Shown piece after piece: positions 25,643 to 37,890 of a stretch of 64,000 bases of DNA; within the stretch, counting starts at the first letter, position 1; every line of letters starts with the position of its first letter. The stretch spans positions 33,356,001-33,420,000 of the forward strand of contig NC_135815.1 in assembly GCF_964213995.1 (NCBI RefSeq), read 5' to 3'. The DNA comes from Mustelus asterias (taxonomy: Eukaryota). The position numbers and the translations under genes were made by a program. The notes under the pieces were generated by a model, which was not told the origin of the DNA, made no database searches, and saw only the letters and a program-made list of their open reading frames with translations.

Positions 25643-26979
25643 CTACATGTCCTCCTACTCCTTCCTTAATAATGTCCCTTTGATGAAGTGGTCGAGTGTA
25701 TTGTAGCCAAAAATTAGTGGGAAACAATTTGTGAAGCAGACACAAAAGATCTTGCAAAGGGATATAGATAGGTTAAGTGAGTGGGTAAAAATATGGCAGA
25801 GTATGATGAAGGAAAATGACAGATATTAGCTAATTGGCCGAGAGTTTTCTGTTTTCTAGTTTTTTTGAATCGGGTTGTTCAGTCTACTGGGAGGTTCTTT
25901 TTTTGTGTGATATCGCATGCTCTCATCCAACTTGCCATGAACTGAGAGGTTCACCAGAATGAATAAATGTATAATAACCTCAACTGTGCATCTGGTATTA
26001 AAACAGAAAATTTGGAAGTAGCAGGTCAAGCTGAGTCTGTGGGAGGGAAAAAAAATCAAGAGTCTGATTTGTTATCACACCAGCCTCTGTATAGAATTAG
26101 TTTTTGGTGTATGTGAAGGAAAGGTGTTTTTTACAAAATGAAGCCAATTATAAGAAACAAATAGAACAGAGCACCTTATTGATGTTGCCGTGAGAGCTTT
26201 GTGACCTTGGCAACCATATTAATTTGAGAAGAAAGACATTTACTTATTGCTGAATGCTTCTGACCTTCAACCTAAAGTTTATGAATGCTTTCCAATCTGC
26301 AGCATTTCTTCATCAAATAATAAAATTCCAAATTAAGTACAGCAGCGTTTACTTAATAATGTGTCCTTGGCCTTAAAAGGGCACAGCTCCACCTTCAGAA
26401 AACAATAAATTGTGCATTACAAAGTCTAGTATTCAACCTAGCATATCATCTGATGTACCATGTGCAATGTTTTCGTAGAGTCATTAAGTAAGACAGCATA
26501 GACAGAGAGCATTCAGCCCATCAAATGTTGCCAAGGGTAGTTCAGTTAGTCCTATTCCCCTTCTCTTTCTCCTGTATCTTAGTTTTTCTCCTTCCAGTAC
26601 TTATCCAATCCTCTCTTGAAAGCAACTATGAGTCTTTATCCACCACCCATTCAGGCAGTGCATTCAAAATCCTAGCTATTTGGTTACGTAAGAGGGTATT
26701 TCCTCATGTCGCTCATAGCTTTTATGAAACCTACTGAATATTGATCTTGGGCTTGAAATTTGCAGGTAATGGTAACTGTCCTGCATGATCTAAACCTGGA
26801 TTTTCCATTTTTATTCAGTTGCACAAAAGGAGAAAGGAAAGCCATGTTTGTTTTAAAATTGCACTAAGTTCTTCACTAAGGAAGATGGAAATGCAGCAGT
26901 AGACAGCAGTAGTGAAATTGGATAGTGTACAAGTGCATAAAAAGGATGTACTTCCGAAGAGAAAAGATTCAATTTCATA

Positions 26980-27110
26980 GGCTTTGACAAAGGGTCATCT
27001 GGACTCGAAATGTCAGCTGTTTTCTCTCCTTGCAGATGCTGCCTGATCTCCTGATATTTTCAACATTTAAAAAAATTTTTCATTTCCAGCATTTGCAATT
27101 TTTTGCTTTA
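26980..27110 (+). mobile_element. Penelope-like terminal repeat with hammerhead-like motif (26980-27018)
   Basis: GGCT-TTGACAA-A-GGGTC-ATCTG-GACTC-GAAA-TG-TC-AGCT followed by the CAGATGCTG...TTTCCAGCAT body shared with 33529-33636. Confidence 0.7.
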
Positions 27111-30069
27111 TTTGAAATATGATTGCTAGACCAATTTATATTTCAAACACTTGGTTCAGAAACGTCAAGACTGAAGGATCGCGTACCCTTTTCTTACACT
27201 TATTTTATCTTCAGTACTGCAGTTAGCAGCTGGACAATCATTTTGAAGGCTTTAATTAGCTAGCCCCTCAGACACCTAAACTGAAGCAAGTCACAAAACT
27301 TGTCCTCATAATTTAACTCTTCAAGCCACAGTGTCATTGAGGTGAAGCTGTGCTATACTCCTTCCAAAGCCAATATCACTTCAGCCAACATACCAGACCT
27401 GAACCTATTGCCTTAATTGGAATATGGTAATGGAACCATACAACAATGTGTTACTTCCTCTCCTTGCTGTTCCAGTTCCCTTGAAATAAAGACCAGTTTC
27501 TGTTGGTGATAGGTGCACAACGTCATTTACATTTTCTGCTTCCCTGCAGATTATAGATTTTCGGCATTAGAATAAATATTCTGGATTATCCTATTCAGAA
27601 CCCCTCTTATCCCCACATTGAAAGCCATCTGCCATGGATTTTCATCCCCTTAGTCTATGTTGTTTAGTTTTCACTTCAATCACCACAACTTGCTGACTTT
27701 CCTGCACCTCATTTGTAAAATTGAATACGTAACACACTCGTACACAAACCTTGGGTGAATAAATCGTGCATGTATATAAATGTGTGTGTGTGTGTACAGT
27801 CTCTGGGAGGTGGTACTTGCCACAGCAGCATCAGGGAACCGCCCCTGTATCTTTACACTATTAGCACCCCCAAGCAATTATCAACACAGATTAGATTACC
27901 AAAGTCATCTCCAATTTCATCTATTTTAATTTTTGATATTTTCCTGATGGTATAGTATCAAAGACCTTAACATCCACAGACACTCCCCTATCTTCTATGC
28001 CAAAGAAAGTCAACTAGATCAAATAGTTAGAAGTTATCTGACCTGCACAAATCTGTGTTTCTTCTTGCCCTGCCTCCAATGACCGATAGATTCCTGTAAC
28101 ACCCTCAAATTGATAAACTGACAGGTTTGGAGTTGCTTGTTTTTTTTTTCTCTCTGTCCTTCTCTTAAGTAATAGACCTTGTCTTTGCTGTTGCTCTCAC
28201 TACATGTGGCATTGCTGATATCAAATTTTGTCATGAAAACATTTACAGGGCAGTCGGGAAAGAGCAGGAGAGTGGGATTAATTGGATAGTTCTGCCAAAG
28301 AGAGATACAGCCACAACTGATTAAGTAGCTTCCTTCTGCATGTATAATTCTATGATTCTATGTCACAACCTGTTAATGCAGCAGTTCAATGGACCAAAGG
28401 CCTGACGCACTTAAATATTTGGAGCAGATAATTCCATTTAAAAGTTAAAAATACTTGCGTTCACCAGTTTTCCTCCATTGTAGGAGTTGCTGAACAAATA
28501 TGCAGCTTGTGTTTACGTGTCTGCCCTAATCATGCCCAGCTAAGAGACTTCAGCATCCATGCGGCTTTCCGTGTGGTCACTGAGGAAATTGGCTGGCATG
28601 GTACGATTAGTTTTAATGCCCACAAAACAAATGAAGCCATGTTTCAGCATTGTAAATGAGAACACATATTTATTGCTTTGTTCAATGGGACCAAATGGAG
28701 TGAAAATTGAAGATTTCATGGTGCATTGAGAAGAATGCTAAGTTCTCAATCAGAAAATGACAGTACATCCTGAGTTGTTCACTGGGTCTCCCTTCACTCT
28801 CATTTAAGGAAAGTGGAAAGATATATAGCTGCTGTTCTCTGACAACACGATGGCACACTCTTCACATGACAGGAAATGGAATAGACTGCTTACCGTTTAC
28901 CAGCACTTTGAGTGGAAGTGGTTTGTGTATCTGAAAGCGTTACATTGGGTTAGTCGAGTATGTATGCAGAAATATTTTTCAAACGTAGTTGGTGGAAGAA
29001 GCCCTTGAAGAAGTTATGCAATGTTAACAGGCATTTAATGGTTTGAAAAAGTTGACAGCTCTCATATTGCAGTTTTGGTTAAATGATGCAGCAGAGCAAA
29101 GAGCTGCTGCGTATTTCATTTTCGTTAACTCCACTAGAAAACACATGGATCTGTTTTAAAAAAAGCTATGACTGATAATGACTACTAACATGCAAGGCAA
29201 GGTAGATGTCTGTATTTTTGGATATCCAGTTTGTGGTAACGAAACATGATTGTTCACTTGCTGTCTGTTTCACTGTATAATCAGCATGGAGTGTAACAAA
29301 TGGTTGCAGTGTTTTGTGAACAAAAGGTTGAAGTGTGGTTTTGATGATTGTTATGCAGGCTGATGTCAGATGAGTGATACTTTACTAAAATGCTGTGAAA
29401 ACTGAAAGCACATTTAAGTTATACGCTCACATAACTTAAAGGAAGCTGTTGCAATATAAAACTTGGCAACAGTTTCCTCTTTTCAGTGGGATAAAGGTCA
29501 AATGGGGAAATTAGCATAAAATGATGGATTGTCACGGAAGGCTTGTCCAATGCATCTGCAATCCTCATTATCCTTTTAATTATGGGAAAATTTAGCCTTG
29601 AATTGAAACTTCTTTCAACTTGTGCATGAAGGTTTCATAATCAATTATAAGAGAATCCTTCCCTATGTTGTAGAAAGCTACTACAAGTTGCATTTTAATA
29701 ATGATAAGTTGAAGAGGCGAGTCATTGTTTGTCCTTGCCACAGGAATGTTGCTGAAGAACCTTCAACATGGGGAAAACTTTGATTCAATTTTTTTTTAAA
29801 AGGAAGGCACTGCCATTGCCAAAGATGCATATATTGTCTATTCCCATGTTGCTCTGAGAAGGTGGAAGTGGGCCTTTCTTCGCTGCAATCTTTGCTTCCA
29901 CTATTCTCTCGTGCTTATGTAGCTCCAGGTACTCGTGACAATGTCCAAGTTTGGAATGCGACAAGTTTTGAATATACTCGTAGATATTTCCAAAATAATT
30001 TTTCCATTAATTCCTGAGACCTGTTGCCGTTGTTGGCAAGGAAATAATTTAGTTTCTACCTGTCTCAAT

Positions 30070-30375
30070 TTTTTTCATTCGTGGGATGAGGGCATCGCTG
30101 GCTGGGCACTGAGGGCATTTAAAAGTCAACCACATTGCTCTGGATCTGGAGTCACATGTAGGCCAGACCAGGTGAAGATGACAGATATCCTTCCCTAAAG
30201 GACATTAGTGAACCAGATGAGTTTTTACAACAACCGGCAATAGTTTCATGGTCATCATTAGACTCTTAATTCCAGATTTTTATTGAACTCAAATTTCACC
30301 ATCTGCCGTGGTGGGATTCGAATCCAGGTCCCCAGATCTTACCCTGGGTCTCTGGATTGCTTGGCCACTGCCTCC
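30070..30375 (-). mobile_element. Deu-domain SINE (SacSINE1-like)
   Basis: Minus strand has a B-box-like GGATTCGAATCCC, the core CATCTGGTTCACTAATGTCCTTTAGGGAAGG...CTGGTCTGGCCTACATGTGACTCCAG and an A-rich tail. Confidence 0.7.
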
Positions 30376-30879
30376 CCTTGCCTGAGGTGATCATATAGTT
30401 CATTTGAGCTACAGTCCTTTTCAACTGCAATTCCCATGTTCGTAGATGCCAGTCATCACAGTCCTGTTGGGTATTGCCCCTTCTTGTTAAGTCCTCCTTA
30501 ACCCTGTCTTGCAGCTTCTTCCCATTGCCATCCTTTTCTCTGTTTTGTTTTGGCCCATTGTTGCTTTTGCTAATTCTTCACTAGTTCTGATCTGGGGCAT
30601 CAGTAGTTTAACATTATCTTCACCACGTACACTAACTGTTATTTAGTCAAGAGCCACCAGCAACTTTTTCCTGTTGCCTCACAACACTCAATGGGAAAAC
30701 TTGTACTGGGCATTCTTTTTGGAAGAAGCATTTAACTGTAACTTTTGTGTTCATTTATGTGGCTCAAGTGAAATATTTGCTCAGTTAATCTCTTAAGTGC
30801 CATGGGGTAACTTGAATGAATGACCTACTCCTGTTTCTGAAGTTTTAAATGATTTTATTTAATTGTGGAGTTGAGGCCG

Positions 30880-31200
30880 AGTTGTGTTGAGTTCCTTCAG
30901 CAACACCTTCCAAACCTGTGACCTGTACCACAAGAAGGACAAAGGCAGCAGATGCATGGGAACACCGCTGCTTGCAAGTTCCCCATCAAGCCACACCATC
31001 CTGACTTGGAACAATATCGCCATTCCTTCACTGTCACTGGGTGAAAATCCTGAAACTCCCCTCCAGACAGCATTGAGTGCCTGCACCACATGCACTGCAG
31101 CAAGGCAGCTCATCATCACCTTCTCGAGGGAAATTACAGATGGCTAATAAATGCTGACCTAGCCAGCGGCGTCCACGTCCTGTGAAAGAATAAAAAGAAA
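30880..31200 (+). mobile_element. CR1/L2-group LINE 3' end
   Basis: Ends ...CACCTTCTC...AATAAATGCTG...GCCAGCG...GAATAAAAA, a tail similar to that of the Deu-SINE copies. Confidence 0.6.
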
Positions 31201-33528
31201 GAGGGCCTACAGACTGGAGATTGAAGAGGCACATACAGCATAAATTAAGGTGGAATCTTGAGAGTTCATGAAATCACACAGCAAAGAACGGGGCATTCAG
31301 CCCACCTGTGTCAACTCTTTAAAAAGAGCCATCCAGTTAGATCCACTCGCATGCTGTTTCCCAACATTCCTTCAAAGCTTTCCTTTTCAATTATGCATCC
31401 AATTTCCTTCCCAAAGTTATTATTTAATCTGCTTCCACCAGCTTAAAGGCAGTGCATTCTCGATCATGTGTACACTTGCTGTGCACAAAAGAAAATTCTC
31501 ATCTGTGCTTTTTACATGAAATTAGTTTAAATAAATCTAAACATTTCTGGAAAATGAGCAGCAACTGTGAACGAAGGTCATTATTTTTGGCATTTGGGTA
31601 CCTGCCCCCTATGTTAGAAGGGGGGTCTGCATTATACCCAAAAAGCAAAATATGTTGCAAAATGGTTCAGGTAGAGTCAGTTTACCAAGACGTTCAAATG
31701 CTTACCTTAAATGGGCTTGCAAATTCTGGATTAATGTTTTATAACAGTTATTTACCCCTTTTGCATTGTCATGGGAACCAGTTGTCACTAAGCAACAACC
31801 TTCAGTCAAGAGAGAGGCGGTCTTGGATGATTACTGAGAGCCATAGTGCTCCATGACCAGCTGATGGCAAGTGTGTACTAGGGCAAGCTGCTTCTGGAAC
31901 ATTTCATTGATTTAACCTTTAACCCTGTAGTTTGGAGACCAGCAGTCTACAGCGTCTTCTTGCAAGCTAGCTTTCATAGAAATGAATTTTTTTTCAATAT
32001 TGAAATTACTCTGTCAGTCACAGCAACTGACTTGCACGAAAAAAAAATTCACCCATGCACAGATGAACAAGGTGTACAGAAGCAGAACCTGTGATGATCG
32101 CAAGAATCGTATGGCCTCTGGAAATCTTATAGGTAAATTTTGAGCAAAATAAATAAATAATGTTGAATCACCATTTTAATTGAGGCTTATTGAATCATGA
32201 GTGGGATGGGGCAAGAGGAAGAGAGGATATGTTGATGACTAGTTTTTTTACTTGTGAAGGAACAGTACAGTGGATTGATGCACTTATTGCAATATTATCA
32301 GTTAAACTAGAACTCCATTATAATTCAATCCATATTTTGTGACGAGGATATTTCTGTGCATTATATAATTGTATATATCCTCTATATGTATATTATATTG
32401 AGGGTAGAGCAACACAGTAAGGTCGGGGATAAAGGTGAAGTATTTTGGATGTCGTCAGAGCATGTCTTGTGTGATGCAATGTTGTGGGGTTTCGTGTCCA
32501 TTTCATGGCCAAATATGTAGCGTTTTTGTTAGGATCTGATGGGGATGTTCTAGCTCGTGTATAGTTGTGAGTGTCTTTTGATGAGGATTGAAGTTCTGGC
32601 TAGCCTAACCTAATGCCAGACAGCACAGCCCCAATGATGGAATTGCTTAATAGCCAATGAAACTGTTGTGAAGTTATTGTTGTAAAGTAGGAACATTTGA
32701 CAGCATGCTTGCTAATATAGTTGGCATAAGGCAGTATGGAAATGGGGAAAAAATAGAGGAAATAAACATTGAGGCATACAAATGATTGTGCAATGACGGG
32801 GACAAATACTATAAATCCACAGTGGCAGATGACAAAAATCATGTTTTTATTGTTTAAATAACTAGGTAGCTATGGTGAGGGAAGAAAGTTATTTCTATCT
32901 GGAGAAAGAATTTTTATAAATAGTAGATGGAATTACAAACATATGTATTTTTCATTATCTGCGATGTAGATTTATTCAAGTGATACATTGCTTCATTAAA
33001 TTTGCAGTATTAAGGTGAAATTGTTCTTCAAATGGGAACAGGGAATCACTAGAAATGATGCAGAATGTCTGAGAAAAGCCCTCCACAGAATTTACCCAAT
33101 GTACAGAATTTGTGTGTTTTTGATTGGTCTGCAATGACAGATTTGGTTGACGTTAAGTCAAATAATGGGAGTGAAGGATGATCCCGATGGAGAATTTTAG
33201 TTTTAAAATAGGAAATGGAGCGTGGCCATAAATGAAAACTTTTCGGACTGGAGAGGGGATCTGAGTGGTGTTCCCCATGAATATGTTTGAAAATCCTGCT
33301 ATTTTATGTTACACGAACAGATGCTTTCTGAAGATAGTACTTCTGCATTGAAACTCAATGTGTTCCCCTGGCGTTCATTTTAAAATTATGGGAATTAAGA
33401 AAAGTTTCATTTTCTCTGCAATTCTGGATTGCAATCATTGAAACAAAATATTGATGACTATTCTGATGTGGAATGTTGAAGGGTAAAATGTACTCAAATG
33501 AGGCAAGATAGAATGTGGATTTTAACTG

Positions 33529-33636
33529 GATAAAAGCTTTGACAAAGGGGCATCTGGACTCGAAACGTCAGCTCTTTTTCCTCTCCTTACAGATGCTGCC
33601 CGACCTGCTGAGATTTTCCAGCATTTTCTCTTTTGG
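33529..33636 (+). mobile_element. 108-bp Penelope-like unit with hammerhead-like motif and 15-bp TSD
   Basis: TGTGGATTTTAACTG is duplicated exactly at 33514-33528 and 33637-33651; motif AGCT-TTGACAA-A-GGGGC-ATCTG-GACTC-GAAA-CG-TC-AGCT at 33535-33573. Confidence 0.8.
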
Positions 33637-33999
33637 TGTGGATTTTAACTGTTTTCTGTGTAGTGATAACAGACTTCCCCATATCATGAAGTTGATTTGG
33701 ACACTTTCCCATAGAGAACTGATAGGAATCGAGAGACATTTTTTAGTAGAAACGTAGCCTACACCCAGGCTCCTTATGTCGCGGAGTGATCTGAGCCCAA
33801 GAAACCAAAGAAGATGGGGAAGGAAATGCTTCCCCTATCCTCTTCTGACCAGCCACAGTTACAAAAACTCAAAAAATATTGCAAATCTTTCTTAAAAATT
33901 TTGTTGGGGGCTGGGAACCAGGGCATTCCATTAGATGCAAGGTGCACAAAAGATTCTGAGAAATAACACTCTGGGTGGGGTCACACTAAGGGCGAGTGC

Positions 34000-34167
34000 A
34001 ATAAAGTCAAAATTAGATTTGCAGTGCATGTATGTTAGCAAGGAAAGTATGGTAAATATGTTGGTGAGCTGCAGTTGTAAGTAACCACATGGAAGTGTAT
34101 GACTTTGTGACGGTAACAGAGGCCTGGCTCAAAAAAGGATTGAACTAACTATTCCTGGATACAAAGC
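34000..34167 (+). mobile_element. Old CR1 ORF2 endonuclease N-terminal remnant
   Basis: Decayed CMYV..., YDFVTVTEAWL and IPGY motifs typical of the CR1 AP-endonuclease start. Confidence 0.55.
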
Positions 34168-35205
34168 CATAGAGGTTTACAGCATGGATACCGGCACTTC
34201 ATCCCAACTTGTCCATGCTGCCCAATTTTTAACCACTAAACTAGTCCCAATTGCCCACATTTGGTCCATATCGGTCAGTACCCATCTTACCATGTAACTG
34301 TCTAAATGCTTTTTAAAAGACAAAACTGTACCCTTCTCTACTACTGCTTTTGGCAGCTCGTTCCAGACACTCACCACCCTCAGTGAAAATATTGCCCATC
34401 TGGACCCTTTTGTATCTCTCCCCTCTCACCTTAAACCTGTGCCTTCTAGTCTTAGGCTCCCTTACCTTTGGGAAAAGATGTTGACCTTATCTATGCCCCT
34501 CATTGTTTTATAAACATCTATAAGGTCACCCCTAAGCCTCCTGCGCTCCAGGAAAAAAAGTCCCACTCTATCTAGCCTGTCCTTATAATTCACACCATCA
34601 AGTCCCGGTAGCATCCTAGTAAATCTTTTCTGCACTCTTTCTAGTTTAATAATATCCTTTCTATAATAGGGTGACCAGAATTGCGCACAGTATTCCAAGT
34701 GTGGCCTTACCAATGTCTTGTACAACTTCAACAAGACGTCCCAACTCCTATATTCAATGTTCTGACCAATGAAACCAAGCATGCCGAATGCCTTCACCAC
34801 CCTGTCCACCTGTGACTCCAGTTTCAAGGAGCTATGAACCTGCACTGCTAGATCTCTTTGTTCTATAACTCTCCCCACCGCCCTACTATTAATTGAGTAG
34901 GTCCTGCCCTGATTCGATCTACCGAAATGCATCACCTCATATTTATCGAAATTAAACTCCATTTGCCATTCATAGGTCCACTGGCCAATTGATCAAGATC
35001 CCGTTGCAATCCTAGATAGCCTTCTTCATTGTCCACAATGCCACCAATCTTGGTTTCATCTGCAAACTTACTAACCATACCTCCTAAATTCTCATCTAAA
35101 TCATGGATATAAATGACAAATAGCAGTGGACCCAGCACTGATCCCTGAGGCATGTCACAGGTCTCCAGTTTGAAAAACAACCCTTTACAACCATCCTCTG
35201 TCTTT
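34168..35205 (-). mobile_element. Younger CR1 LINE, 5'-truncated
   Basis: ORFs 34932-35180 (PQGSVLGPLLF, FADETK) and 34462-34962 (LYKTLVRPHLEYC, RRLRGDLI), then 3' UTR. Confidence 0.92.
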
Positions 35206-35214
35206 TCTTGTCAA

Positions 35215-35889
35215 AAGGATGAGGAGCAGCTATAGTGAAAATACCTAATTGCTGGAGGGCTAATTTTGGTGGGGTCAGAACGGATTTGTCAGAGGTGAAT
35301 TGGAATCGGATTGGCAGGCAAAACCGAAATGGAACAATGAGCTGTCTTTAACCGAATCACCTTCTATTGACAGTCGAGATATATCCCCACAAGGGGAGAA
35401 GGAAGAGATAGTCGGCAGAAGCAAAACAAATTTCCAATCGTGAAAACCAGGCTGAAAATGAAAGAAAGAAGAGCAGCAAAGAGAAAGTACAAGAAGAAAC
35501 TGGCAGCCAATGTAAAAGGCAACCCAAAGGTCCACTATAGTCATGTAACTAATAAAAGGGTAGTAGGAAGGTGGGGCCAATTGGGGATCTACACATGAAG
35601 GTGGAGGATATGGCTGTGGGAATAACTGAATACTTGTCATCTTTTTCCTTGAAGATAAATACAACCAAAGTCATTTTGAAGAGGAGGTTGGACGGGCTGA
35701 GTATTGATACAAAGGAGATGCAAGGAGGCTGGCTGTATTTAAATTGATAAGTTACCAAGACCAGCTGAAATGTTTTTGAGAATGGTGAGAGCAGTAAGGG
35801 TGGAAATTGCTGAGTCACTGGCCATAATCTTTCAACCCTCCTTAGATATGGGAATGGAACCAGAGGACCGGAGAATTGCAAAGGTTATA
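35215..35889 (+). mobile_element. Old CR1 ORF2 fragments
   Basis: Decayed LNEYFSSVF-like and GMEPEDRRIAKV motifs; the sequence resumes after the insertion at 36396 (PLFK). Confidence 0.6.
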
Positions 35890-36395
35890 GAAACATAGAA
35901 AACTACAGCACAAAACAGGCCCTTCGGCCCCACAAGTTGTGCCGAACATATCCCTACCTTTTAGGCCTACCTATAACCCTCCATCCTATTAAGTCCCATG
36001 TACTCATCCAGGAGTCTCTTAAAAGACCCTATTGAGTTTGCCTCCACCACCACTGACAGCAGCCTATTCCACTCACCCACCACCCTCTGTGTGAAAAACT
36101 TCCCCCTAACATTTCCCCTGTACATGCACCCCAGCACCTTAAACCTGTGTCCTCTCGTAGCAGCAATTTCCACCCTGGGAAAAAGCCTCTGAGAGTCCAC
36201 CCGATCTATGCCTCTCAACATCTTATATACCTCCTATTAGGTCTCCTCTCATCCTATGCCTCTCCAAGGAGAAAAGACCGAGCTCCCTCAGCCTGTCCTC
36301 ATAAGGCATGCCACTCAATCCAGGCAACATCCTTGTAAATCGCCTCTGCACCCTTTCAATCTTTTCCCCATCCTTCCTGTAATGAGGCGACCAGA
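35890..36395 (-). mobile_element. Younger CR1 3' end nested in older CR1
   Basis: ORF 35967-36221 (RGHRFK, FFTQRVVGEWN) with (CTATGTTT)n tail; ATA on both sides. Confidence 0.88.
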
Positions 36396-36589
36396 ATACC
36401 CTTGTTCAAAGAAGTGTGACTTGGCAAGAACCCCCCTTGTGGCACCACCCTGTCCACCTGTGACTCCACTTTCAAGGAGCTATGAATCTGCACTGCTAGA
36501 TCTCTTTGTTCTATAACTCCCCCCAACGCCCTACCATTAATTGAGTAGGTCCTGCCCCGATTCGATCTACCGAAATAAGGGGGGAGAAG

Positions 36590-37890
36590 AAAGGGTAGAG
36601 AGCAGTAGTGATAGGGGATTCTCTTGTAAGGGAACAGGAGGCTACAGATGTGTCACTGGGGTGTGGTATGTCCCGGGTTAAGGATATCACTTTGAGGCTG
36701 CAGGACATTCTGAAGGAGGAGGATAAACAGCCGGAGTTTGTGGTCCATGTTGGTACCAATGACTTGGGTAAAAACAGGGATGAGGTCCTGAAAACACAGT
36801 ATGGGGAACTAAGAAATAAGTGAATAAGTAGGGCCTCAAAGGTAGTAATCTCAGGATTACGCCCAGTGTCATGTGGTAGCGAGACAGGAGTGCAAGAACA
36901 CGCGAGATGAATGCGTGGCTGGAGAGATGATATAGGAGAGAGGGATTTAAATTCCTGAGGCATTGGGACCGATTCTGGGGGAGATGGGACCTGTACAAGC
37001 TGGATGGGTTGCAACCCAGCGGGGCATACTCTCGTTGTGTGGGGGTAGGTTTAAACTAGAATGGCAGGGGGAATGGAGGCCTCGAGGGAAACAGCAATAG
37101 AAATGAAAGATAGGAAAGGGTGGCCTAGTGGCACAGTGGTTAGCACTGCTGCCTCACAGCGCCAGGGATCCGAGTTCAATTCTTGCCTCGGGTCACTGTC
37201 TCTCTGTTTCTGCGTGGGATTCCTCCGGGTGCTCCGGTTTCCTCCCACATTCCAAAGATGTGCAGGTTAGGTTGATTGGCCATGCTAAATTGACCCTAGT
37301 GTCAGGAGTTCGCAGGGTAAATATGTGGGGTTATGGGAATAGGACCTGGGTGGGATTGTGGTCGGTGGCAGATTCGATGGGCCAAATGGCTTCCTTCTGC
37401 ACTGCAGAGATTCTATGGAAAACTAGAAAGACAGAGAAACAAGGGATGGTAGCAAATAGGACCATAATACAGATCTGTATAAATGTTAAAAAGACAGATC
37501 TAAAGATACTTTATCCGAATGCACAAAACATTTGCAATAAGGTAGATGCATTAACAGCACAAGTCATTGTAAATGAATATATGATATGATGGTGATTATG
37601 GAGACATGGCTGTAGGGTGACCCAGGCTGAGAACTAAATATTCAATATTTAGGAAGGAAAATAACAGGTGGGTAGTGTTATTAATAAATAATGAAATCAG
37701 AGCAACAGTGAAAGGATATTGGCTCAGAACGTCCAGATACAGAATCAGTCTGGGTGGAACCAAGAAATAACAAGGGGTCGAAAACATCATTGGGAGTTGT
37801 CTACAAGCCTCCAAGCGGTGGTGGTAAGGTGGAGGATGGCATTAAACAGGAAATTAGAGATGCATGTAATAAGGGTGCTATAGTAATCAT
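36590..37890 (+). mobile_element. CR1 ORF1 esterase (SGNH/GDSL-like) remnant and start of ORF2
   Basis: VIGDS and VVHVGTND motifs (ORF 36608-36823), YKLDGL; then LKILYPNAQNICNK and METW (endonuclease start). Interrupted by a SINE. Confidence 0.8.
37118..37417 (+). mobile_element. HE1-like V-SINE, full length, inserted in CR1
   Basis: A box TGGCACAGTGG, central domain, GATTCTATG end. Confidence 0.9.

Noticed and set aside
32063-32131. Candidate exon ending TAG|GTAAAT
   Set aside because: The acceptor lacks a proper polypyrimidine tract; too weak to call.
36608-36823. Host GDSL/SGNH lipase gene
   Set aside because: Short, interrupted by stops and collinear with CR1 ORF2; it is the known CR1 ORF1 esterase domain.
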